Source of the DNA: an uncultured bacterium
Lineage (GTDB): Bacteria > Omnitrophota > Gorgyraeia > Zapsychrales > Aceulaceae
Length of the DNA stretch: 64,000 bases
Direction: 5' to 3'
Assembly (NCBI GenBank): GCA_937930175.1
Contig: CALGLP010000022.1
Span: 2,585 to 66,584 of the forward strand
Shown here piece by piece: positions 28,446-36,646 of this stretch (within the stretch, counting starts at the first letter, position 1; every line of letters begins with the position of its first letter). Made by a program: the position numbers and the translations under genes. Under the pieces are notes generated by a model. It made no database searches. It saw nothing but the letters and a program-made list of their open reading frames with translations, and was not told the origin of the DNA.

Positions 28446-28598
28446 ATGAAAGTATGTGGCAAATCCGTGAAGGTGTTTAAGATCAAGAATCGTAGTGGAT
28501 ACGCAGCGCTTTGCAATGATCATTTAACGGAAGGCGCAACCCCTACCCAGGCCTGTGCGCGCATGGAAAAGGCGTTGAAGAGGACTTCGAAAAAGTGA
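28446..28598 (+). CDS. Small hypothetical protein (50 aa, three Cys), strong RBS
   Basis: TTAAGGAGGCATTATG; MKVCGKSVKVFKIKNRSGYAALCNDHLTEGATPTQACARMEKALKRTSKK. Not in the ORF track (<60 aa). Lies immediately downstream of the B12-radical SAM gene. Confidence 0.4.
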   Translation: MKVCGKSVKVFKIKNRSGYAALCNDHLTEGATPTQACARMEKALKRTSKK

Positions 28599-28675
28599 AA
28601 ATAAATAAGTAAGTGTTTTTTTCTATTGGATTCTTAGATAGTCCTGGTGTGCGGATTAAATAAGGGAGGTGTTTT

Positions 28676-30118
28676 ATGCGTAGGGTGATATGTTTTGTGC
28701 TCTGTCTGCTCACGTGTTGCTTGACCGGCTGTGCTAAAAAATCAGTTGTCCCTGAATGGTTTCTTCCGACTTCTCAGGACCCGTATGCTGTTTTTAACGC
28801 ATGGCGTCATCTCACAACAAGAGAGGCTGTTTTGGTTCTTGGCAAGGATTGGAAAGTATGCGCTGGTGTTCTGCAAGATAAGAAGGGAGAGCCGATCAGC
28901 AATTGTGTTTTGGGCTTCACTTTTTTCGATGGAATACGACCCCATTCTGCCGTTTTAAAGACTGATGCAAATGGCCGTTTCATTATCTATTCACCGTATG
29001 GCGGGTTGTCTCTGAAGACTGATCATGTTTCTTTTTCCGCTGCGCCGTTGGGTTGTCCATTCCCTGCAATTCCTGCAACAGACATGGACTTTGTCGCTAT
29101 GCGTATTATCCCTGTTTCCAAGGATAGGTGCTTTTGTGTTTTAACCAGTGCGCGTCAAAGCAAATATAGTGAGGCGGAAGCTAAGGAATCTGTGGAACGT
29201 CAAATGATAGAATGGAAGAATCGCCAGCTTGCCCCGTATCGGGAAGAGCCGCGGACGCGAGAAGGCACTGTCGGTCGCGGGATACGCAACGAATATTCGA
29301 TTAAAGTTGTCGCACCTGGAGGAGTCGCGATCTCGAATGCGGGATTGAAGTTTTCGGCGTATGATCAGTATGAGGGTAATTATCAGGTGGTACGTACGGA
29401 TGCCGACGGAAAATGCACCTTGACAGAGGAACTCCTTTCTGGTCAAAATTCCGATTATTACGCTCGAGTTCAAAGATGGTTAACACTTGACATTCCAGGA
29501 TATGCAGTGGGTCCTATGTCGTTCAATTTTAAAACAAATGAGTTGAATGTTGTCACCGCAAAGGAGGGGGCGCGAGTTTGCGGCAGGGTGATCGATTGGA
29601 ACGGGAATCCTTTCCGGCGGCGTGTTCGTGTTGTGTATAGGAACAAAAACCATGTCTCCTTTGAACTTTATGTTCTCTCGGATCCGGAAGGTTATTTTGT
29701 TATTGATCGGATTATGCCTGGAGAACCCTTTAAACTTCTCGTTGAGGGAAGGTGTCAAAGCTTCGCCTCAGGACCTAATGTCTGGTCAGATACATTCAAT
29801 CTTAAGGATAGGCAAATACTGAACGACGTAGTTCTGAAGGTGCCACAAGCAGCGGCGTTGCGAGGTATTGTCGTGGATGAGGAGGACCGCCCTGTGACCA
29901 GTATTTGGCAGGTTGAGTTTCAAGGTCAAGATGATTATTGGGTAGATCATAAAACTGCTGACGGCAAGTTTGGAGCCTTCGGCGTTACCCCTGGCCCTTT
30001 GAAAATTAAGGTGAGGGCAGATGGATTTGTGCCTTATATGAGTGAGCAGATCCAACTGGAGCCAGGAGAGTTGCGCTTCGTCAAAGTGGTGATGAAAAAG
30101 GAGGCTCTGAAGCCTTAG
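28676..30118 (+). CDS. Lipoprotein with repeated carboxypeptidase-regulatory-like / Ig-like beta-sandwich domains
   Basis: Lipobox LLTCCLTGCAKK after a signal peptide. Repeated segments GRVIDWNGNPF, GIVVDEEDRPV, IKVRADGFVPY typical of CarboxypepD_reg-like folds. Confidence 0.55.
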   Translation: MRRVICFVLCLLTCCLTGCAKKSVVPEWFLPTSQDPYAVFNAWRHLTTREAVLVLGKDWKVCAGVLQDKKGEPISNCVLGFTFFDGIRPHSAVLKTDANGRFIIYSPYGGLSLKTDHVSFSAAPLGCPFPAIPATDMDFVAMRIIPVSKDRCFCVLTSARQSKYSEAEAKESVERQMIEWKNRQLAPYREEPRTREGTVGRGIRNEYSIKVVAPGGVAISNAGLKFSAYDQYEGNYQVVRTDADGKCTLTEELLSGQNSDYYARVQRWLTLDIPGYAVGPMSFNFKTNELNVVTAKEGARVCGRVIDWNGNPFRRRVRVVYRNKNHVSFELYVLSDPEGYFVIDRIMPGEPFKLLVEGRCQSFASGPNVWSDTFNLKDRQILNDVVLKVPQAAALRGIVVDEEDRPVTSIWQVEFQGQDDYWVDHKTADGKFGAFGVTPGPLKIKVRADGFVPYMSEQIQLEPGELRFVKVVMKKEALKP

Positions 30119-30167
30119 TAAAACCCACTAAAGCGTTTCTATTTAACCTTTTGAAAGTAGAAAGGTT

Positions 30168-31235
30168 TTGAAGGACGTGACCAAATCCCTTGCGACTCAA
30201 TCCTACCCCACCCTTATCACCCAACTCAAGAAAGTTTTTATTGAAGGCCTGCAAAGGATTGAAGAAGAAAAGGTCAAAGCGTATTGGCAAACAGGCAAGC
30301 TGATTTCTGAGCACCTTCTTACGAACAAAGACCGCGCGGATTATGGCACAACGCTTTTGGGAAAGCTTTCCGATGATCTCAACATTGACCTGAGCACTTT
30401 ACAGCGTATTGTCAGGTTTTACCGCACCTTCCCAATTTCCGCCACGTGGCCTAAATTGACCTGGTCGCACCACCGAGAGCTGATCACGATCGGGGACAAA
30501 AAACAACGGGAATATTTTGCGGATCAGGCTATCAAGAAAGAATGGGACGCTAGGCGTTTGGCGCAAGCCATTCATCTGGAGAGGGTGAGCATTGAGGATG
30601 CGCAGTTGCCTTTGTCCAAAACCACTCCCGCTGTGCCTAAACTTTCCGTGTCGCGCGCTCGCCTTTTTACCTATCGGGTTATGGAGCCGTCGTTTATTCA
30701 TCCTGTGGAAGAAAAGATGGTTGTTGACCTGGGGTTTAGCGTTTTTGTCCACACGGAGATCAAGGGGATCAAATTAAAGGATGGAGAAATACTGGAGTCA
30801 GCGAAAAAGGGTGAAGGGTATTCTTTTAAGCATTCCGACGCAGGCCCTAAAGAGCTCTACACTTACAAAGCACTTGTGGAAAGAGTTATTGACGCAGATA
30901 CGCTTGTACTCAACATTGACTTAGGTTTTAGTTCGTGGGTCAGGGAAAAGGTGCGCTTGCGTGGGATTGACGCGCCAGAACTCGCCACGCCCGAAGGCAA
31001 AAAAGCAAAAGCCTTTGTTGAGGCGCGATTGAAGGAAGTTGATTTTGTCATTGTCAAGACACATAAAAACGATAAATACGGACGATTTGTGGTGGATGTG
31101 TTTTATCAGCCCGGCGAGGAAAGGGAGGAAGTTTCTCGGGAAGGGGCGAGCGAAGCGAGCCCCGAAGATGTTTTGAGCAAGGGCGCTTTTCTGAACCAGG
31201 AATTGCTCAGCCTTGGTTTCGCGGTTCTTATGTAG
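30168..31235 (+). CDS. Fusion protein: YhcG-type N-terminal domain (DUF1016_N) + staphylococcal-nuclease (SNase/thermonuclease)-like domain
   Basis: N-terminus KAYWQTGKLISEHLL...ADYGTTLLGKLSDDL...LQRIVRFYRTFP...LTWSHHRELI matches the YhcG N-terminal region. C-terminus VIDADTLVLNIDLG...VRLRGIDAPELATPEGKKAKAFVEARL...NDKYGRFVVDV matches the SNase fold in place of the usual PDDEXK domain. TTG start per the track. Confidence 0.6.
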   Translation: MKDVTKSLATQSYPTLITQLKKVFIEGLQRIEEEKVKAYWQTGKLISEHLLTNKDRADYGTTLLGKLSDDLNIDLSTLQRIVRFYRTFPISATWPKLTWSHHRELITIGDKKQREYFADQAIKKEWDARRLAQAIHLERVSIEDAQLPLSKTTPAVPKLSVSRARLFTYRVMEPSFIHPVEEKMVVDLGFSVFVHTEIKGIKLKDGEILESAKKGEGYSFKHSDAGPKELYTYKALVERVIDADTLVLNIDLGFSSWVREKVRLRGIDAPELATPEGKKAKAFVEARLKEVDFVIVKTHKNDKYGRFVVDVFYQPGEEREEVSREGASEASPEDVLSKGAFLNQELLSLGFAVLM

Positions 31236-31383
31236 AGAGATCCCGCGATCGTTTGCGTTCCCGGGGATAAATTTGGCCATAAATGATGGCCTCATTTAAA
31301 GATGATGGTCATTTGAAAAGAGAATATTTGATTTATCGTGCACATGCGTGGTATTATTTTATTAGGCTGACAACACGGAGGCA

Positions 31384-31920
31384 TTGCTTATGACAACGAA
31401 GGTGAAGAGAAAAATAGTTCCCGCCCGCAGTCAAGCATCCCAAGAAATGATCGAGGGTATGATCTATTTTATCCGGGGCCGTAAGGTCATGTTTGATGTG
31501 GATCTGGCTTCGCTTTATGGCGTAGAGACCAAGCAGCTTAAAAGAGCCGTGCGGCGTAACATTACCCGGTTTCCAGAAGATTTTATGTTTGAGCTTACCT
31601 TGAGTGAATACAACTCTTCAAGGTGCCAATTTGGCACCTTGAAAAGAGGCGCAAACATTAAATATCTTCCGTATGTTTTTACAGAGCAGGGAGTGGCTAT
31701 GCTTTCGAGTGTCTTAAAGAGCGAAAGGGCTATCCATGTTAATATTGATATTATGAGGACCTTTACGCGATTAAGGCGGACGATCCTTTTGCATAAAGAT
31801 TTAAAAGAAAAGATTGATAAGATGGAAGAGAAGTATGATGCGCAATTTCAGGTTGTTTTTAGAGCCATGAGGGAGTTACTGGATCCTCCGGAAAAGCCAA
31901 AAGGAAAATTAGGATTTTGA
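31384..31920 (+). CDS. ORF6N (KilA-N-like) domain DNA-binding protein, phage antirepressor-associated family
   Basis: IYFIRGRKVMFDVDLASLYGVETKQLKRAVRRNITRFPEDFMFELT...YVFTEQGVAMLSSVLKSERAIHVNIDIMRTFTRLR is the ORF6N domain pattern. Confidence 0.7.
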   Translation: MLMTTKVKRKIVPARSQASQEMIEGMIYFIRGRKVMFDVDLASLYGVETKQLKRAVRRNITRFPEDFMFELTLSEYNSSRCQFGTLKRGANIKYLPYVFTEQGVAMLSSVLKSERAIHVNIDIMRTFTRLRRTILLHKDLKEKIDKMEEKYDAQFQVVFRAMRELLDPPEKPKGKLGF

Positions 31921-31972
31921 CGAAAAATGTGCCAGGCACTTAAGCGTAAGCGGGGAAGAGAACGGATGATCA

Positions 31973-32902
31973 ATGTTGTTCGCTGAATGGATAGGGATTG
32001 TAGCCATTGCTGTTGCAATGGTTTTTGTTGTACGGCATGAAGTGATGTTTTTCTTTTCCTGGGTTCGTAGACAGGAAATCCCTCAGACAAAAGTTTCTTT
32101 ATTTGTTCACTGTGTTTTCTTGATCGGCATTGTGCTTTTAGCCTATGCCTTTTTTGTTGAGCCTTATTGGCTGGAAGTAAAGCATGTTGAGATTAGCACG
32201 GAAAAGCTCAAGCGAGTGGATTTTACGCTTGTTCAGATCGCCGATTTGCATTGCGATGTTCAGCAAAGAAATGAGAGAAAAATTGTTGAGCTAGTTAACA
32301 AGATCAATCCAGACATTATTGTATTCACCGGGGATTCAATCAACGTCCCGCAAGCTCTACCCGTTTTTAAGCATGTTCTGAGTAACTTAACGGCGCGATT
32401 GGGGAAAATCGCAGTTAAAGGCAATTGGGACGTTTGGTATTGGAAAGATTTTGATCTTTTTAACGAAACAGGATTTCAAGAGCTTAATGGAAAAGCAGAA
32501 ACATTTTTAAAAGAGGGTGAGGCGATTTCCATTGCTGGTTTTAATCCGGATGAGCAAATAAGCGCTAGCAACATTTTTGATCTAGCTTTTCCAGATATGT
32601 ACAACATTCTTTTGTATCATTATCCTGGCATTAACGAAGAAATTGAGAATAACCCGTTTAATCTTATTTTGTCAGGGCACACGCATGGCGGACAGGTTGC
32701 GTTGCCATTTTATGGCGCTATCATAACGCTTTCTCAGTATGGCAAGAAATATGAGTCTGGCGTGTATCTTCTTGCTCGTGATAAAATGTTATATGTCAGT
32801 CGAGGCGTTGGCATGGAGGGGGGAGCCGCGCCGAGGGTGAGGTTTTTATCTCGACCTGAGATAACTGTTTTCCACATTAAACCAGAAAAGACAAAAGAAT
32901 AG
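31973..32902 (+). CDS. Membrane-anchored metallophosphoesterase (calcineurin-like)
   Basis: Two N-terminal TM helices. MPP motifs VQIADLHCD, IVFTGDSIN, GNWD, LSGHTHGGQV. Confidence 0.8.
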   Translation: MLFAEWIGIVAIAVAMVFVVRHEVMFFFSWVRRQEIPQTKVSLFVHCVFLIGIVLLAYAFFVEPYWLEVKHVEISTEKLKRVDFTLVQIADLHCDVQQRNERKIVELVNKINPDIIVFTGDSINVPQALPVFKHVLSNLTARLGKIAVKGNWDVWYWKDFDLFNETGFQELNGKAETFLKEGEAISIAGFNPDEQISASNIFDLAFPDMYNILLYHYPGINEEIENNPFNLILSGHTHGGQVALPFYGAIITLSQYGKKYESGVYLLARDKMLYVSRGVGMEGGAAPRVRFLSRPEITVFHIKPEKTKE

Positions 32903-32912
32903 AAAGCAAAGA

Positions 32913-33470
32913 ATGAAAAAACTTTCTGAAGAAATTTTATTTAAAGGTAAGTGGCTGTCAGTCAAGCACGCGCATTTTTTGAATTCCCGTGGGCAGGAAG
33001 TCATGTGGGAAACCGTGGTGCGCAACAAAAAGGAAAGTAGCGTCATCATTGTGCCTGTGTTGATGCCAAGCCGACGTATTGTTTTGATCAAGCAGTATCG
33101 TTTGCCTCTAGAGGATTATGTGATTGGTTTTCCCGCTGGTATGACGGATGGAAATCCCGATCAAGCGTTTAAGGAGCTTAAAGAAGAAACAGGTTATGTT
33201 GGAAAAATTGTTGGAGAAAGCCCGGCCCTGCAGGTCAACTCCGGGTTGTTAGATGAAAAGACCAAAATTGTTGTGATGCATATTGATGAAAACGACCCCC
33301 TTAACCAGAATCCTCGTCAGGCCTTAGAACCTACCGAAGAAATCGAAGTCTTGCTTGTTCCTCATGATCAAGTTTATTCTTTTTTGCTTGCCCAAGGCAA
33401 AAGAGGCATGCGCATTGCTGCCGGCGTATGGAATGTTTTTGGCGTGCAGCTTCATATCAATAACCAATAA
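32913..33470 (+). CDS. NUDIX hydrolase (ADP-ribose pyrophosphatase-like)
   Basis: Nudix box GFPAGMTDGNPDQAFKELKEETGYVG. Confidence 0.8.
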   Translation: MKKLSEEILFKGKWLSVKHAHFLNSRGQEVMWETVVRNKKESSVIIVPVLMPSRRIVLIKQYRLPLEDYVIGFPAGMTDGNPDQAFKELKEETGYVGKIVGESPALQVNSGLLDEKTKIVVMHIDENDPLNQNPRQALEPTEEIEVLLVPHDQVYSFLLAQGKRGMRIAAGVWNVFGVQLHINNQ

Positions 33471-33536
33471 CCAAGACGCAAGATACAAACAAAAGATCCA
33501 ATCACCAATGTTTGGTTATTGGTTATTGGATTTTGG

Positions 33537-34520
33537 TCATTGCTTGGTCATTGTGTCTTGGTGTTTGGGTATTGATGACAACGCGACATGCTTCATATCG
33601 TCATAGACTTTTTTGTTGGCGGGAACGGGGATGTTGTGCTTTTGGGCAAGTTCAAGCACGACGCCGGTCAAGGCTTCGATTTCAATGCGTTTGCCCAAGC
33701 GCAGGGCTTGTAGCGTCGAGGAGCGATGGTTAGCTGTAGCTGGAACAAGCTTGTCGTAGAAAGTTTTTGTATATTCTTGCGCTGTGGCCCAATGCGTTTG
33801 ATAGCCAGACGCCTGCATCACGCAAAAGATTTCCTTGATGATCTCTTCCATGATTTTTCGTGTTTCTTCCTTTTCTGCTAAAGCCCCGTAGGAAACACCA
33901 AGAACAGCGCCCAAGGGATTGAGCGCGCAATTGTAAATAAGTTTGGCCCAAAGGTCCTTGGCGATGTCGTTGACCACAATACAGGGAAGACCGCCTTGCG
34001 TGATGGCTTGGGCTAGGGGTTGCAAACAATCGAGCGGAGTACTAAAAAGAGATCCGATGTGCACATCGTCGGCATGAACCGTCACCACAACTTGATTGGG
34101 TTTGGGCCGTGTAAAACCTGTAATGATGCGAATGCTGTAGATTTGATTCTTAGGAAAATACTGAGCAAAGATTTCCGCGTTGCCCCAGCCGTTTTGGCAG
34201 AGGATGAGCTTGGTGTCTTTACCGAAAATATTTTTATGTTGGCTTAAATCGTTAGCCGCGCTTTGAGAATCGTAGGATTTGACTGAGACGATGACAAAGT
34301 CGTAATCGGCATCTGGGATGTCAGAAAGTTTGCTGAATGCCCGAAAGCTGTTTGGCGCAGCCGTGAAATCGCCAAAAATTCCTGAACGCGTAAAGCCTTC
34401 TTTATTTAAAAGCTCAGCGGTTTCTTGGCGAGCTATCACATCAACCGTCTGGCCGCTTTTGATTAGGCAGCTATCTAATCCTAATCCGACCGCCCCAGCA
34501 CCATAATTTAAGATCTTCAT
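33537..34520 (-). CDS. 2-dehydropantoate 2-reductase (ketopantoate reductase, ApbA/PanE) family
   Basis: N-terminal Rossmann MKILNYGAGAVGLGL. 327 aa with ApbA_C-like C-terminal half. Confidence 0.65.
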   Translation of the reverse strand: MKILNYGAGAVGLGLDSCLIKSGQTVDVIARQETAELLNKEGFTRSGIFGDFTAAPNSFRAFSKLSDIPDADYDFVIVSVKSYDSQSAANDLSQHKNIFGKDTKLILCQNGWGNAEIFAQYFPKNQIYSIRIITGFTRPKPNQVVVTVHADDVHIGSLFSTPLDCLQPLAQAITQGGLPCIVVNDIAKDLWAKLIYNCALNPLGAVLGVSYGALAEKEETRKIMEEIIKEIFCVMQASGYQTHWATAQEYTKTFYDKLVPATANHRSSTLQALRLGKRIEIEALTGVVLELAQKHNIPVPANKKVYDDMKHVALSSIPKHQDTMTKQ

Positions 34521-34652
34521 TGGACACCTCTTTTGTTATTATAGGGATTTTTTCCTAAAAGACAAAAATTTTCCTATTTGGCATGAAGATTGCTATAATA
34601 AATTTTCATGAAAACCATTTTTTTGTCGTCATTTTAAAAAGGAGGCATATCT

Positions 34653-35228
34653 ATGAAATATCTGGTCGTCTATGCTCATCCAAATCCAAAAAGTTTTTGT
34701 CACGCGATCAAAGAAGAGATCGTTGTTAGGCTTAAGGAGCAGGGAGCGATTGTGGACGTGCGAGATTTGTATCAGATGGGGTTTAATCCTGTCTTAAGCG
34801 CAAATGATTTTATGCAACTTGCTCAAAAAAAGATACCGGCGGATATTCAAAAAGAACAAGATCTTGTTGCTGGGGCGGATACGATTATTTTCATTTATCC
34901 TGTTTGGTGGTTTAGCATGCCCGCGATATTAAAAGGGTATGTTGACCGTGTCTTTATGCGAGGATTTGCCTATGACATGAAAGGGCACATGCTCCAGGGG
35001 CTTTTAAAGGGCAAGAAGGCTATGCTGTTCTCAACGACCGGTGGCCCGCGCTTTGCTTATTATCTTCTTGGCTATTTGGTTGCCATGAAAATCGCCATTG
35101 ATGCGGGGGTCTTTAATTTTTGCGGCTTGAAAGTCGCGTTGCATAAATATTTTTACGCTGTGCCGACGATTAGTGATGGGGCAAGACGGCAGATGTTAGC
35201 TAGTATTAAGAATATTAAGTTTTCATGA
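34653..35228 (+). CDS. NAD(P)H-dependent oxidoreductase, Flavodoxin_2 / NQO-like family
   Basis: MKYLVVYAHPNPKSFCHAIKEEI...IIFIYPVWWFSMPAILKGYVDRVF. Confidence 0.75.
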   Translation: MKYLVVYAHPNPKSFCHAIKEEIVVRLKEQGAIVDVRDLYQMGFNPVLSANDFMQLAQKKIPADIQKEQDLVAGADTIIFIYPVWWFSMPAILKGYVDRVFMRGFAYDMKGHMLQGLLKGKKAMLFSTTGGPRFAYYLLGYLVAMKIAIDAGVFNFCGLKVALHKYFYAVPTISDGARRQMLASIKNIKFS

Positions 35229-35238
35229 AAAGGCATTT

Positions 35239-35832
35239 TTGAGAGGGTCCAGGAGACTTTATCCCATGGGAAAAACAATGATCAAGGTGGTTTTCGTATT
35301 TCTTTGCGCTTTGATGGTGAGCTCGGCTTGGGCACAGGAGCAGATTCCAGAAAAGCCAAAGGTTTTGGTGGTCTATTATTCGCGTGAAGGCCATACGAAG
35401 CAGGTGGCCCAAGAGTTGGCAAAGAAATTTAACGCGGATCTTGAACAATTGATCGATAAGAAAAAAAGGATTGGGCCGATCGCGTTTAGTGCCGCTGGAA
35501 AAGACGCTGTTGCCGGTAATCTGACAAAGCTTGAGCCGTTAACGCATGATCCGCAGCAATACGAGATCATTTTGATTGGTACGCCCAGCTGGTTTGGCAA
35601 TGTCACGCCCGCGGTCAGAACCTTTATTACTCAACATGATCTTTCCAAAAAGCGTATCGGGGTTTTTGGTACAACGCATTTGACCGGGGTTGAAAATGCG
35701 CTTAGCCAGGCCGCAACGCTCCTAGCCCCGGACAGAGCAGGGGAAATCCCAAGTCTCCCTCTTCGGCATCGCGACTTGGTGCCAGAGGTCTTGCCCTCAA
35801 AGATCGACGCCTTTTATCAACAATTGAAATAA
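35239..35832 (+). CDS. Flavodoxin-like protein with N-terminal signal peptide (putatively exported)
   Basis: Signal peptide MIKVVFVFLCALMVSSAWAQE, then flavodoxin-like KVLVVYYSREGHTKQVAQELA...IILIGTPSWFGNV. Real start probably ATG 35266 or 35278. Confidence 0.6.
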   Translation: MRGSRRLYPMGKTMIKVVFVFLCALMVSSAWAQEQIPEKPKVLVVYYSREGHTKQVAQELAKKFNADLEQLIDKKKRIGPIAFSAAGKDAVAGNLTKLEPLTHDPQQYEIILIGTPSWFGNVTPAVRTFITQHDLSKKRIGVFGTTHLTGVENALSQAATLLAPDRAGEIPSLPLRHRDLVPEVLPSKIDAFYQQLK

Positions 35833-35851
35833 TGTTTAGGTGAAATAAAGC

Positions 35852-36646
35852 ATGGCGGACGTAAGAACACAAAAAGAAGAGGACGACACCCAGGCGGTCC
35901 GTCAGGTTTTTGACCAGATCGCGTTTCGCTATGATTTCTTAAATGATCTTTTTTCAGGCTTCATTCATCATCACTGGATGAGGGTCCTTGTTCGAGAAGA
36001 GCCTTGCAGCGTCGAGACCAAGGTCCTCGATGTCTGCACGGGAACTGCTGATGTCGCTATCGCGATAGCGCGGCACAATTCGAAAGCCCGTATTGTTGGC
36101 CTTGATATCAGTGAAAAGATGTTAAGTTTGGCCAAGGCAAAGATCGCCCGGCTTAAGCTTGAGGATCGGATTGAGCTTTGCTGGGGTGACGGATTGGCGA
36201 TGCCGCTTGCGGATCAAAGCGTGGATGTGGTTTTTAATAGTTTTGGCTTAAGGAATCAAGGTGATTATAAAAAAGCTTTAACAGAAATGGCTCGCGTTCT
36301 TAAATTTCAGGGCCGGATCAACATCCTGGAGTTTACGCGGCCTGCCAATATTGTTATTCGAAGCGTCTATCTGTTTTATTTAACTAGGATCATGCCCGTG
36401 GTGAGCCGGTTTTTCTTAAAAGAGCGAGCATCGTTTGATTATTTATCGAGGACCATTAAGCATTTTCCTGCACCGGATGTCGTGGCACAGTTGATGCGTG
36501 ATTGTGGTTTTGCGCAGGTTTGTGTTAAACCTTTGACCGGCGGAATCGCTTGCCTTTACCGGGCAACGCGAGTTCCGGCGGATGGTGGGCAGGGCCCTCG
36601 CGGGGCTCAAGGGAAAAGCTGTTATCATGAGGATCGGAGCCGATGA
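35852..36646 (+). CDS. Class I SAM-dependent methyltransferase, UbiE/MenG (COQ5) family
   Basis: UbiE-type N-terminus VFDQIAFRYDFLNDLFSGFIHHHWMRVLV. SAM motif VLDVCTGTADVA. Stop overlaps the next gene start (ATGA). Confidence 0.8.
   Translation: MADVRTQKEEDDTQAVRQVFDQIAFRYDFLNDLFSGFIHHHWMRVLVREEPCSVETKVLDVCTGTADVAIAIARHNSKARIVGLDISEKMLSLAKAKIARLKLEDRIELCWGDGLAMPLADQSVDVVFNSFGLRNQGDYKKALTEMARVLKFQGRINILEFTRPANIVIRSVYLFYLTRIMPVVSRFFLKERASFDYLSRTIKHFPAPDVVAQLMRDCGFAQVCVKPLTGGIACLYRATRVPADGGQGPRGAQGKSCYHEDRSR

Noticed and set aside
28446-28598. Ribosomal protein L36-like identity for the 50-aa ORF (MKV...SVK start)
   Set aside because: Similarity is limited to the first few residues. It lacks the L36 CxxC...CxxxxH zinc ribbon.
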